Shown here piece after piece: positions 30,341-45,285 of a DNA stretch of 64,000 nucleotides (its first letter is position 1; every line of letters begins with the position of its first letter). The notes beneath the pieces are model-generated. The model saw only the letters and a program-made list of their open reading frames with translations. It ran no database searches and was not told where the DNA came from. The translations under genes and the position numbers were made by a program. Origin of the DNA: Chrysomallon squamiferum (taxonomy: Eukaryota > Animalia > Mollusca); NCBI GenBank assembly GCA_012295275.1, contig CM022674.1, positions 310,001-374,000 on the forward strand. Direction: 5' to 3'.

Positions 30341-30991
30341 AATAAATAAATAATGACGACGAAACAAGCAAAAACAAAAAGCATGGACAGCAACACAAGC
30401 ATTATTTAATTGAAGAAATTTCCTAACGTTCACATTGCTGCATAAATTCCAATAAAAGTTGTCTGCCATTTCCTTCTACTTATCTCCGCCGCCGAGCAAA
30501 CTGTCAGCTAATTGTTAATCGCTGAAAATCGGATACTTTCGTAACAATTTACGACAGCTCTAATAAGACATCTGTTCGTTACTGTAATTCTTTAATAACG
30601 TTTTTACGACGCTCATTTTTTTTTTTTTTCTCTCCAGATATATTCAATTTTAGGGACTTTTTTTTTTACTTACCTTCATATGTTTCTTTCTTTTAAAATA
30701 AAAATAACAAAATGAGTAAAAGAAAGAGGTAAAAAAAGAAGAAGAAAAAATGCTATTAAAAATTTTAGGTTAACTAATTACTTTTCTGCAGTACACTTTA
30801 AAAGAAACACCAATTAGACTTCAAAATAGTTTTTAAAATGATTGTAAACATTTTTTTCCTTCTTTTTATCTTTCTTTTTTTTTCTTCTTTTTTTTTGTAC
30901 GTGTTTTTTTTTCTTTTCCTTCTTCTTCATCATCGTTTTTGGGGTTGTTAACATCTCTTCTGTTTAAAAACTTATGTCTTCTTCTTCTTCT

Positions 30992-31063
<72 letters not shown>

Positions 31064-31519
31064 ATTTCTTCTTCTTTTTTAAACTTTTCTTTTTTTTACA
31101 GCGTCTTTCTTCATTTATTTCCTTTTACCCGTTTCTTCATTTTTTTCCCTCCCAGTTCTAAGTTTTCACAAACACGTGTTTTCATGTTCTTTGGTGATCG
31201 TCTGACGAACGTTTCAACTGACGTTTTAGCCGAGTCAGTGTTCTCCTCTCTTTAACGAGCTTATTACGAAACTGGCTGCGATCTTTATTGCTTGATCACC
31301 AGTTGTTAAACTCTGAAGTGTGAACTGAAGGTTTTTCTGAGAGTAACACCGCTGTGAGGACTGTTTTCAAGAGGGTCGTGATGCTGTGTGTGCAGTTAGT
31401 TTGTCTGTTTAGGTGTTGACTGTGAAGTGGTCGTGGAAGACTGAGAAGGTTGAGAAGGTTGAGAAGGTTGAGAAGACAGAATGAAGAAGAGTTTTAAATA
31501 ATGGAATTGCAGGTGGAAC

Positions 31520-31698
<179 letters not shown>

Positions 31699-32636
31699 TA
31701 GAAAGAGAGAGAGAGCCAGATATGTGATAGCGAAGCCAAAATATAAATAAAACCATAACTTTACGTTTCATTTAGAAACAGGATTAATCTGTCATATCAC
31801 CTCTTAAGAAACTTTAAAATATATATCTTCTGTCTGTTCACATGTTAATTTTTAATGGCACCTGCCTATCTTTGGTAAGTCGTTTACAGAGGCAATCTGT
31901 ATTTCGTAATGAGATAAAATTACACGGCAACCTAATGTTTAGGTGCACCGTTTACAAAACACTGCACATTAATTACTCGCTTAGTTTATTTTTAGATTAC
32001 ACCAGATTTTAGAAAGTTGTTAAAAAATAATTGAAATTTGGAAAATTTTGTTTCAGGAGTTAATTTCAAGACGTTTAGAAAGATAATACCGTCATATTTT
32101 TGAAGAATTATGTTCTTTGTTCTTTGTTTCTCTGTTTCCGAGCAGAACCTATTTCTGTATTATCTTTAATCTTTAACAATTTTTAATTTGTTTTAAATTT
32201 TTTTTTTTTTTTTAAATTATGTCTCCATCCAGACACTGTTTTATCAGCACAGATTATACGAAACATTTATTCTTATAAAAAAAAAACGATATCTGTTTAG
32301 ACCGTAATCGTTTTAGAAATAAATGTTTGGATAAAAGCAAAATTCGCTGAATCCACGAAATAATTAGGGAATCACATGCTTTGTCTAAACAAAGATTATT
32401 ATTGAAAGGAAACTGGATAAATAAACTGTTTTTTTAAAAATAGCATCTGATGTTGATTAGAAATGTTTTTATTTTACTAGGTTCTATATGGACTCTTGTT
32501 TGTACGTTATCGTGTGTATTTGTGTAGGCGGCTGCATGTGTATGTTTGCTTGCTTGTATAATTTGTTTGTTTGAGTGTTTAGCCTGTACGTATCTCTTTC
32601 TGTTACTAGTATTATGTTGTTTTTGTTGTTATATGA

Positions 32637-32749
<113 letters not shown>

Positions 32750-33129
32750 TACCTATCTATCTGTGTAACTGTTTTATGAATACATACACTTGAACTCTAT
32801 TTAACTATTTTACATGTTTTTAAAGATCTATAACCTTTTAGGAAAAAACTAAATAATGTTTTACCTAGCTGTCCGTGTTTTCGTACATGTAAGCGGCAGA
32901 TTAAAGCATACTTCAGCGTACAAAATGCACAGTTTTAGGAGGATGAAAAGAAAGAACATGACACGACTTTCTTTTAGCAACTCAACACTTTGCAGGTTAT
33001 GCGCTAAGCAGACTTCGGTTAGCATTCTGACGGATGTATTACTTTACAACCAACTGCCTTTTTCTTCCATATTTTTGTAGGGAAACAGTAAAAGCTGTGG
33101 GGATATTTTGTAACTTGGAAAAACGTAGA

Positions 33130-33330
33130 GGCTGAATATCAGTGGTCGATCGTTGTACTGAGGCGATGTAGTCAGCAGGATCAATTCTCCACAGCGTTAC
33201 CGTTAGGCTATTACAGTCCAACAAGTGAATCACGATAGATCGCGGTATACGTGTCCCTGTTTATGGGAGGGTGCAAACAAAATATCTTTTGTTGCTAATT
33301 TATAAGAATAGCCCATTGCACGGCAACAGT
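33130..33330 (+). mobile_element. Second decayed copy of the same SINE-like family (head plus core)
   Basis: Shares the core TGT(C/T)TATGGGA(T/G)GGTG...TTGCTAAT with 20789-20830 and has a degenerate tRNA-like head upstream. Confidence 0.5.
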
Positions 33331-34401
33331 TAATTAGATTGCTGACATCACCGACATGAACTCGTGTTCCTAACAGTTTTAGATTTAAAATGCGTTGTCA
33401 AATATGGCAGTACAAGAGTGAGATACATTTTACAGCATAGAAGTATTAATATGCATTTTAACTGTTTTCTTACTGTAGACGTTTAAAACAGAAGAACTTG
33501 AAGATGGCCAGCATAAATAAATCAGTAATAATAAACCAACAACAACAACAAATAGAATAACTTTAAAAAAAAAGAATCAAAGAAACTTTGTATGAGAGTA
33601 AAAAAAACAATAATAGTAATTAACTATAATTACACTAAAAATCATATATTAGCAAAATTATTTCAATCCAATTTTATACAATTTCTGTAATACTATAATT
33701 TATAATAATGTTATAAGCGGCATCCCTAGAAAAAAAAAAAAAAGTACTGAAGAGAATAAAGTCGACCAATCATAACTGTCAACACTAATAACATCAGAAC
33801 AGGGCCGCTTGCCACTTGAACAAATTGCCAGGCTTAACGAAACAGGAAGAAACAACAACAAAAACTTTTCGGTGCGGAAGACATTAAACTGTGATACAAA
33901 AGTAGGTTAATTTAACTTTTCTGTTGTATTTGAATTGTTCTGAATCATGGACGGTGTAAACTGTCAAACTCTCAGAACAGAGAAATAATCGAAACGGGAA
34001 ATTGAAGCAGACGCGCTTTTGAAAGAGCCCTGAAGTTTGTTTAATCGACAGTCGTGCATACGTACTGGACAAGAGGCTGTCCTGTTTCAGCAGCGAATTA
34101 AAAATGACGGTGAAGTATTTATACTGTAAATTCAAATAAGAAAAATAAGAAAAATGAATAGAAAAAGGGAAAAAATAGAATGCCGGTTATAGGTTTGAGA
34201 ACGCGTGCATACACATTTGTTATTTTAGTTATTTTTACTATTCGTCAGTGTCTCTCCTTTTCTCTGTGTCTCTTTTGTTCTGCATCTACTTAAGTGTCTC
34301 TCTGATTATCTACCTATCTGTCTATTTATCTGTGAATGTGTATTTTTCTCTATCTGTCTTTCAATCTATCTCTCTCTGCATACACACACACACAAACACA
34401 G

Positions 34402-34433
<32 letters not shown>

Positions 34434-35036
34434 TATCACACACACACAAACACAAACTCAAACATACAAATTCAAACATAAAGACCACTCTAGATTACAA
34501 ACTATAATTTAATACTCTAAAACTCTCAATCTTAAACTCTCTTTAAGCATAAAAAAGCGCGAAAAAACCTCACAATACAACCCCCCCAAAAAAACCCGAT
34601 AAAAAACAAACAAAAAATACAATAAAAAAAACAAGAAGAAGAAAAAAATAAAAAAACTAACCAAAATAAAACCCACAAGAGAACAAAACAAAATCAGACG
34701 TTAAAGCGACACTAAAATGCGAATAAAAAGAACATAATCAAACACTTTATTGCGTCATGCTTTCCTCTCTCGACATAAAAGAGAAAAACGCACAAAAAGA
34801 CTTTACAGATAACAGCGCAACACACTTAATAACACGATGCACGGTACCAGTCTTCAAGCACTAATTTTTAGTATGTATAAAAGCGTATTTGTTGATTGAA
34901 ACCGTCGTAAAATCTTTTACATACCCAAAAAACTTTCAAAACGCTACCTGACAAAGCATTATTCTTTTTATATAATTATATATACATTCTTTTTCTTTTA
35001 TTTATTTTTAATTTACTTAGGTTTAAAATGTTGTAC

Positions 35037-35095
<59 letters not shown>

Positions 35096-35867
35096 GATAA
35101 TAACAACAACAACAATTGCAGCAGCAATAGCAGTAATAATAGTAGTAGTTGTAGTTGTAGTAGTGATGTAGAGTAGAAGTAGTTATAGTAACTGTAATGG
35201 ACAGAGCAGACGCAGTTGTAGTAATAGAAGGTGCCGTAATTAAACTAATAATTAATTCTGTGTTAGTGTCGCTATAGAGGAGCGATCCTTGAACACACTA
35301 GACCTGAGACATGTAGCTTAACCCACACTGTATGAAAATGTTCCCATGTTTTAATAATTACACTCGTCACGTCTTTTCTTTAGATCACACTTCACATCAG
35401 TCTGTATTTTTTCACGTATCTATTCATCATGCAGGGAACTGGGAATTATAAACTGTGTTTTGAGACCTTTGCTTCTGGAGCAGACGTCAGTGTACCTGAC
35501 AAAGGTGATACGTTTCACAGTCATGAAAACAGGAATTTGCTGCATGTAAACAGATAAGAAACAAGTACGCATGATAGACTGCTACAGGTTCACGATTCAA
35601 TGATTAAGACAGAAAATCTCTCTTCTTCTTTTTGTAAGCTACGTGACTGCGGTTTAATGATAGTTTTTATGGTTCTTTTTATCTTTTTAGATTTGTATTT
35701 TATTTCTTTGGTTCTTCTTTCTCTCTTTTTTTTTATTGTTTTACTTTTTATTTACTTTTTTTTTTTCGTATCTTTAAATCTCTATTATTTTTTTTTTCTG
35801 TTTTAGATCGTTACGTTTCTAATTATTTACGTCTTGAAAATCGTCTTTCTGGTTAAATGTCTGTTAT

Positions 35868-35932
<65 letters not shown>

Positions 35933-36027
35933 GTGTGTCTGTTTCTCTCTCTCTCTCTTTCTCCCTCTATCTCTCTCTCTTTCTCTCTCTCTGTGTCTGT
36001 TTCTCTCTCTCTCTCTGTTTCTCTCTC

Positions 36028-36071
<44 letters not shown>

Positions 36072-37633
36072 CCTCTCTCCCTCCCTCCCTCCCTCTATCT
36101 CTCACTGTCTCTTTCTCTCTGTCTTTTCTTTCATATATATGTCGTGTTAAACAAAGACCTACTCACATGTAAATAGCTGTTTAAGTGACAGATACATGAA
36201 AGAGAGATAGAAGGACAGATAGATAGATAAATAGATAGATAGATAGACAGACAGTTGGTAGACATATAGAAAGATACATAGATGGGTAAATATTCAGACA
36301 GAGAGAGACGGAGATTAAGATTATCTTTCTGTATTTTAATCTCTAATATAAAATCAATTTATTATTATTATTATCATCATCATCATCATCAACATCATCA
36401 TTGTTATTATCTTAAAGTCTCTTATATGCCCTGTTTACAGTGATTATCTTTCAACATTTTAAACTCTGCCTATCGTACTATGTGCTGCTTATATTTAACT
36501 GTTCATTCAAATCAAAGAACAATTTGTAAATGATATCAACCGTTAACCACTCTACCAAGCGATTTCTTTCCCCTTCTAGCTAACTACAGTCTAACTCCTG
36601 CAAAAATGTTACTTCTGTCTCACACGTCCGGGGGGGGGGGGTAATGGTGAAAGAGGGGGAGCAGAGGGGAAGGGGGAGAGAAGTGGTGATAAAGAGACGC
36701 TCCAGGGAAGAGGGTATATCTTTCAGTTTTCAAACTGTTGCCGATTTCGACTCACGAGGGACCACTGTGATGTGTTTAGGATGTAAACTAAACGTGTTGA
36801 TCTTTCATTATCGCAGTAACGACAAAGATATCGCAGTGTTTCTCTTTGTGATATGTTCTTCTCTTAGCTATGAGGCGTGGGCAAAGGTATGACACAGCTC
36901 AGTGGGTTTACTTAGGTATTGAGTATGGTAGATCTTTGTGTACACAGTTTCATTTACTGAACGAATGAAAGGGTAACTAAGTAAATAACGCTAACAGCAA
37001 CAAACAAACAAACAAATATATAAATAAATAAATAATGAATAAATCGATGAATTAAAGAGAAATAAGTAACTAAATAAATAACATATAAATTAAAGAGAAA
37101 TAAACAAAAAACGGAGAACAAACAAATAAATAAATAAATACATTAAAGAAATAAGTCTTCTAAAGAAAGAAATGGATACAGAGATAGACACACACAGAAT
37201 AACAGCAACAACAACAACAAAAAAAGGTGATAAGAGTGTGGATAAACAACAGAAAAACAAGAATGATGATGATGTTGACTCGATACCGATTATTTTTATT
37301 ACGATACATCGATCAAGATCACGACGATGATGATGATGATAATGGTGATGATTATGATGATGATGATGACGATAACGTAGTCAATTCTGGCAAAACGGCA
37401 ACAATGCCGAAAACAAATACTTTTTTTGTAAACATTTTCAGAATATGTTTAGTTTATAGTCTGGAGCAGCAGCGGGTGAGAAATTGTACAAATATTTTGA
37501 GACGTGCGATTCCAGATAAGATGCGGCTTCACTTTATGTCAAGCACATGAATAATTAATTCTCCATGTTTCTGCGATAAGCGTTACAGTTTCATTAACTC
37601 CTGCTTCAGACTTGAGAGCGATGCTTGCATGAT

Positions 37634-38804
37634 AGAGAGGTGAGGGTAAAGAGAGATGAGGGTAAAGAGAGATGAGGGTAAAGAGAGGCGAGGGTAAAGA
37701 GAGATGAGGGTAAAGAGAGGTGAGGATAAAGAGAGATGAGGGTAAAGAGAGACGAGGGTAGAGAGAGGCAAGGGTGAAGAGAGGCAAGGGTGAAGAGAAA
37801 CGAGGGTAAAGAGATGAGGGTAAAAGAGACGAGGTAAAAAGAGAAGGGGTAAAGAGACGAGGGTAAAGAGAGACGAGGGTAAAGAGAGATGAGGGTAAAG
37901 AGAGGGTAAAGAGAGACGAGGGTAAAGAGAGACGAGGGTAAAGAGAGATGAGGGTAAAGAGAGGATGAGGGTAAAGAGAGACGAGGGGGACAGAGAAAGA
38001 GAGGCGAGGGTAAAGAGAGAGGGTAAAGAGGGTAAAGAGAGACGAGGGTAAAGAGAGATGAGGGTAAAAGAGAGATGAGGGTAAAGAGATAAAGAGAGAC
38101 GAGGGTAAAAGAGATGAGGGGACGAGGGTAAAAGAGAGACGAGGGTAGAGAGAGGCGAGGGTAGAGAGATGAGGGTAAAGAGATGAGGGTAAAGAGATGA
38201 GGGTAAAGAGAGACGAGGGTAGAGAGAGACGAGGGTAAAGAGAGGCGAGGGTAAAGAGATGAGGGTAAAGAGAGATGAGGGTAAAGAGAGACGAGGGTAA
38301 AGAGAGACGAGGGTAAAGAGAGACGAGGGTAAAGAGAGATGAGGGTAAAAGAGGTAAAGGGAGGGTAAAAAGAGGCGAGGGTAAAAGAGGATGAGGGTAA
38401 AAGAGAGGGTAACGAGGGTAAAGAATGAGATAAAAAGAGGGTAATGAGGGACGAGGGTAAAGTGGGATGAGGGTAAAGAGAGGCGAGGGTAAAAGAGAGA
38501 TGAGGAAAAAGAGGGTGAGGGATAAAGAGAGGATGAGGGCTAAAAAGAGAGGCGAGAGATGAGGGTGAAAGGAGGTGAGGGTAAAGAGAGGCGAGGGTAG
38601 AGAGAGGTGAGGGTAGAGAGAGGTGAGGGTAAAGAGAGGTGAGGGTAAAGAGAGCTGAGGGTAAAGGGAGATGAGGGTAAAGAGAGGTGAGGGTAAAGAG
38701 AGGTGAGGGTAAAGAGAGGTGAGGGTAAAGAGAGCTGAGGGTAAAGGGAGATGAGGGTAAAGAGAGGTGAGGGTAAAGAGAGGTGAGGGTAAAGAGAGAT
38801 GAGG
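37634..38804. repeat. Purine-rich minisatellite, unit about 16 bp (GAGGGTAAAGAGAGAT and variants)
   Basis: Directly visible tandem array of about 1.17 kb, regular at both ends and scrambled in the middle. Confidence 0.95.
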
Positions 38805-39208
38805 TTAATTTAAAAGGGGAGGGAGATACATGGTGGTGTGAGTGGTGAGTCTATGTATATATGTGCAAGACTATTAATTATATATAACAATGATGATGAC
38901 GACGGTGATGATAATAGTAATGATAATGATGATGATGATGATAATAATGATAGTAATGATAACCCTGATAATGAACATGATAATATCGATGGTGTCTGTT
39001 ACATACTACAAATGTTTTTTTTTGCTGGGACTACTACTAACACAACTAATACCAAGCTTACTCGTACTACTGCAGCTACCACAACAGCGTGATCTCTAGT
39101 GAAATTATTACTGTTGTTATCACTTCTACTGCTGCTGCTGCTATTACCACTACTACTACTACTACTACCACTGTTACTATACTGTTGATTGTTATAACGA
39201 TGATGACG

Positions 39209-39245
<37 letters not shown>

Positions 39246-40845
39246 TTATTATTATTATTTTATTTATTTATTTATTTATTTATTTAATTTATTTTTTTAT
39301 TATTTTTTTTCTGAATACATATTTTGCAATTAAAACACATTTTTTTCAAAAATTCTCTGAAACATCGTAGCTGTCAGTCATCGTCATCCACACCGTCACT
39401 ACATCATTGTCAGAAACAACTGCATCAAAACCAGAAGCAACAGCTGCGAGGGAACCGACATGAACGCCAAAAACGAGACGGAAAGAAAAACATTTCCAAA
39501 CCAAGGTTGAAAGAGTAGGAACAAAAAGAAAGCGAAAGGAAAAATAATTTCGACAGAAATATTTCCGCAAATGTCGTAAATTTTTGTTTGTTGAAATGAA
39601 CGTTAAAAGACATCGATTTTGTTCTGTCTCTGTCTCTCCCAATACAGAGATGTTTTTTTTTTTTTTTTTTTTTTTTTTTGAGGAGTTATGTATGGACTCG
39701 AAAGCCAGAAAAAGGTTGCCATATCTTTGGTGAATTTGCTCTACAAATTGCTACAAAAGCGATAGGAAGATAACTCAGGTAGAAACACCTGATTTGGTTT
39801 ATGAGAAAAAAAACTGGCGATGAAAGATGAAAGAGGGAAAATAATGATAATGCTCAGTTAGGTTGATGTTAGAATGTCATAGAGAGCAACCTGCATATGT
39901 TCATACCATTATTATTTATACTTATTACTTTTTTATATGGTATCAAATTCTTGGTTTATTTGTTTGTTTACGTTTTTGTGTTTATTATTATTTCTTTATT
40001 TTTTTTTTTTTTTTTTATTATTTTTTTTTAATGGGATTTATTTATTTTTTAATTTATTTATTTATTTATTAGTGTTATTATTGTTAATATTATTATTATC
40101 ATCATCATCGACATCATTGTTTATTACTTTATTTATTAATTTTTAAATATATACTTTGATAGATATTATACGTAAGTGTGTGTTTGTTTATCATCTCCAT
40201 TTCCCTCTTTCTCTCTCTTTTTGTATTTCCGATTACCTATCTGTCTGTCTGACTGTCTCTCTTTCTGTCTGTCTGTCTCTCTCTCTTTCTGTCTGTTTGT
40301 CTGTCTCTCTATCTGTCTGTCTGTGTGTCTAGATGTCTAAAAAAAAGTCTTACTCGCTCTGATTAGACTACAAATTTCCATTAAAAAAAGCCATACAGCA
40401 CACACATACACACGCACGCACGCACATAAACACACACACACACACACACACACACAAATGTATACCGCTCACTAAAATAACCCTCTCCATTTCTCTAAAT
40501 CACTCTTCTTCTTCTAACAATTAAATTAAAACACCAATTCTTCAATTCATTTTCCATGGAACAAAACGACATAACCTCCCGCCAAGCAAGCATAAAACTA
40601 CAAGACAAAGCAAGACATCTGTTCTGTACGCAAAACACTGAAAAGCCGTACGACTTTACACAAGTCACGAAAATATGTCTGTACCGCAGACACACGTATG
40701 ACACATGTTATTAATAAACCTCTGTTCAGTCATTATTATTCTCTCTGCGGGCAGCTGTCGAAATCAGTAAACAAAAATAGTGTAAAACCTGATTTTAATG
40801 GAAAATTAAATTAACAAAACCTGTTTTGGAGATATACATAACAGC

Positions 40846-40949
40846 TGAAGTGTGACTGGTTCTAGGATTAGTCCTGCTATGTAGCGCAACTCGCCCTATT
40901 TCCCATTCCAGACAGAGTCCCTCGATTTCTTTATAAAGAATCGTGGTAT
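40846..40949 (+). mobile_element. Third, truncated fragment of the SINE-like family
   Basis: TAGGATTAGTCC...CTATTTCCCATTCCAG...CGTGGTAT parallels the 5' part of the 20692 copy (GGATCCATC...ATTTCTCAATCCAG). The similarity is weak and partly from memory. Confidence 0.35.
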
Positions 40950-41263
40950 TTATTTATTTTTTTTTTTTTTTCTGTCTTCAGGCAGGTGATTTATCTGGGA
41001 TTCACTGTATTAGGCAAACGTTCTCGAATTTCTGACGAAAGAATTAAAAAAAGAAAAGAAATATAATTTTGTACTCAATAGCATCGATAATTTGTTTATT
41101 TTCTTTTCACTGCATTTAATCTAGACGCCATCCGTAAAATTAGTAAGATTTATTAGTCTCAATTGTAATTAGCACAGCTGCGTGCATTTCAAATAAATGC
41201 GTGTTAAATAAGCCTAGGGATTACTGTATTTGTTTAAAGATAGAGTTACTCGTGTGAAGGACA

Positions 41264-41361
<98 letters not shown>

Positions 41362-41427
41362 AAGAGAGACAACTAGACTCAGACAAATTAAGATATAAAT
41401 ACCTAAATAGAGACAGAGACACATACG

Positions 41428-41459
<32 letters not shown>

Positions 41460-43127
41460 TACATAGAGTCCGAATCCATACAAACATAATGTGCATGCAA
41501 ATACAGTTCATCTAACAATACAAAAAAAAAAAAAAAACTAATTCTACATTTCCACAGAACTGGTTTGAACTTGCGACCTATCGCAGCTCAGATGGGGAAT
41601 AAAGCAAAATGTCAGACGACGGTCCTTTTACATTTCAATTCACGCGATATCTCGACAAGCGGGATTTCGACACCTGCTTTTTCACTATTGTCACAGACAT
41701 TTCACAACAGAGTTACCGCCCTTTGCTGCACCTCTCGCAGCATGGGAGGTGGGTGTGATTTTCAAGCATGGAGGGTGGAGTCGTGTGAATATCATTATTT
41801 TCCTCTCTCTTGTTTTAATTAGCATTAAAAAGCTGTTCCACGCACACAGTAAATAATCATGCTATTAACTTTTACATGCATTTTAATCTGACAGGAGAAA
41901 AATATAAATAACAGAAAGCAGGTGATTAAAATATTAAAAAAACAAACATGAAACTATCCGGGAAACAGAAAACAAGAACGCCACTTTTAACATGTGTGCG
42001 TGGGAATCTTCTTTCCTCGTGTATTTATTTACGGTGGGTACATATAACAAGCGTTTATTACTAATTGATTTCGTAGAAAATAAATAGAGATAAATCTTAT
42101 AAGGACGAGACTGTTTCTTCATTTAGCGAAGGTAAAATCCTAGGCAGACATAATGAATGATGTGGGGATTACAATTAAGGTTTCCTGGACATATTGTTTA
42201 CAAAATGTGTCATGTTCGGATTGTGTTTATTTTTGTTTTGCTTTTATAACGTCTTTTTTTTTTTTTCTCTCTCTATATCTCTCTTTCGTTCTGGTGTAAT
42301 TTATTATTATGTTGAAAAATTACATTTATTGCCATTACTGTTATTTTGTTGTTGTTGTTGTTTTGAATAACAACAACATTTATTATAAACAAATTCCAAA
42401 ACGGCAGAACCACAAAATGATTACAGTTTGTTATCCAAGCACAAGGGATGTTTAAACTAATTACATGCTGCAAAAATAATAATTACCAATCAAAAAAAAA
42501 AAAAAAAAAAAATAAAAAAAAAAAAAATAAAAAAATAAAAAAAGAAAAAAAAAATAAGAAAAAAATAAAAAAAAAGGAGAAAAAACCCCCAAACAAAGCA
42601 ATATGTCTGTTAAACCTATAAACAAGAATACTAAATTTAAGAGTTTACAAAACAAAACACTATTATTTATTTATTTTATTTTTATTTATTTACTTATTTA
42701 AACACTTTCCGTTAAGCCTCATTTTCTGCTTTTTTCTGGTTTTTCCCGTTCCACCCTTGTTAGGATAAACAGATCAAACACAACAGTGGCAAGGGAGTTG
42801 GCGACAGTAATCCATGACGTCAAACAACTGTTGACGTCATTGGTAGTTTCCGTGAAGGTCGTAATTGACCGAAAACTGATAATGTTTCTTTTTATATACA
42901 TTTCATTAAAACCTTAAGGGACATACCTCCACACACGTACGCACGCACGCACGCACGCAAACGCACACATACACATAAACACACAATGTCAGTCTGTGTA
43001 TAAACCAGTATGTATATGTGAGCCTATATGTAGTATGTAATTATGTATAACTGTAAGCGTACACATATACATGTGTATCTGTTTGCATTATGTAGGTACT
43101 TAAGTACGTAGGTAGGCTGTATGTATG

Positions 43128-43188
<61 letters not shown>

Positions 43189-43227
43189 GTATGTATTTAT
43201 CCATCTCTATCTATATCTATCTATCTA

Positions 43228-43320
<93 letters not shown>

Positions 43321-44510
43321 GAGAAGTATGATATCTACACATATTTAGAAAAAAAAAATGAAAAAGATATCTTCGTCTACATTCCAGTCTCGTCAGGTAC
43401 TTAGAATAATAGCTTATGGCATTTACCTCTCTTTTTTTTTGCACTAAAGGTCTTGTCACACAGAATTAATTATTTCGATGTTTTCAGTATAGTAATATGT
43501 ATATGTTACTGACAAGTGTCCATGAGAAACCTGGTTCAGCCGTCTGTTGTTACAATTATTTCTGCTTGATGGAAACAAATATCGTTGATTTAATAAAACT
43601 ATTTAAGTTTGGTTATACTGTCTTCGGTTAATAATGATCTTACTGTACATGGTAATGATGATGATTATAACACAACCACTGCTGCTACGAGCAATAGTAA
43701 CAACAACTATTACTACTTCTGCTACTATTACCGCTAGCGTTACTATTGCCATAACAATCATTATTGCTCTTATTACTTGCACATTTACTACTACTACTAC
43801 AACTATGACTGTTATTGATGCTGCTAATACTACTACTACTGCTATCGCTACTGCTACTACTACAACAACTACTGCTGTGCTGCTACTGTTACTGCTGCTG
43901 CTACTATTACTACTACTACTACTATTACTACTACTGCTACTGCTGCTGGTACTGTTACTACTAGAAATAACAAAATGTCATCCCACAAATTTTACAGTAG
44001 CAAACGGTCGTGAATCGTTTCAACTAATCACTATATATGAAAGCGCCTATACCCACAACGGTTCTTATCAGAACGTAAACGACAGTGCCAGATTGAGAAT
44101 GGATTATTACCATCATATTTTCTCGTTTTTTTTTTTTTTTTTTTTCCTTCTATGCCATGAACAGTTGTACATCTCTGGTTATGTAATAGTCGTGATCTGA
44201 AGGTGGTCTTCTCTCTTCTTTTTTTTTTTAAAATTTTTTATTCTTATGTTAGAAAAGAGGTGTTCTTATTTGACAAGTATTGTAGTTAGAAGTTACTGGT
44301 ATGGAGAAGTTATGACAAGCTGTTCGTTCCAAGCTCGTACAGTAAACAACTTGGTGTGATGTCGCTTTCAGTGTCAATAAAAATATTTGAAGACAGACAT
44401 TGTAAATGGTCTTCTGAAATCAGAATGACATTTTCATACTTTATAGTTTTTAACAGAAATAATTTTACATGTATATAATACCTACGTGCGTACAAAGAGA
44501 GGTGTAGAGT

Positions 44511-44626
<116 letters not shown>

Positions 44627-45124
44627 TTTTCGACGTTTTTATTTAAAGAATATAATGAACTAATTTTCCAAATACATTTTTCAAGAACAAAAACAACAAC
44701 AAATAAAGATCAAACAAACAACAGACAAAATAGTAATAATAATAAAACGTCAGAACCCAAACTATTCGGTAGCGGTATTTGATCCGAGTACTTCCATGCC
44801 TGACATACCTTTCTTATCTACAAAGTTCATTTTTGGTGCATGTCTGTTAAATTATTATACGACAGTTGCACTACTCAGACTGGGACAGGTATCTGGAAAG
44901 GTAAGGTTCATAGCTAATTGTAGGTGTTGTTGTGGCATTGTTTAAATTGTGGTAATCATTCCAGAACGGTCATGTTCTGCTAAACATTGAAACAGGCAAA
45001 GATTGAAAGATAAAAATGATGTAGTGATGAGAAGATAGATGGGGAAGAGGAGAATAATAATAAGAAGAAGAAAATAAAAGAAAAGGAAAACAGGGTTATA
45101 ACGGGGGGCAAGGAGGAAGAGACA

Positions 45125-45214
<90 letters not shown>

Positions 45215-45285
45215 CAGTCACACAAAGACAGAGAGAGAAAACAGGGGAGGGAGAGAAAGAGCTAGAAACGGAGAGAGACATAATT

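Noticed and set aside
40950-40992. Strong acceptor-like tract followed by GCAG|GTGATT as a micro-exon
   Set aside because: It would be a 4-nt frameshifting exon with a weak donor; poly(T) tracts are ubiquitous here.
43634-44200. 188-aa ORF with Thr-rich and poly-Leu segments as a mucin or membrane protein
   Set aside because: It derives from (ACT/GCT)n trinucleotide tracts like those at 19.6, 39.1 and 62.8 kb; no exon structure.
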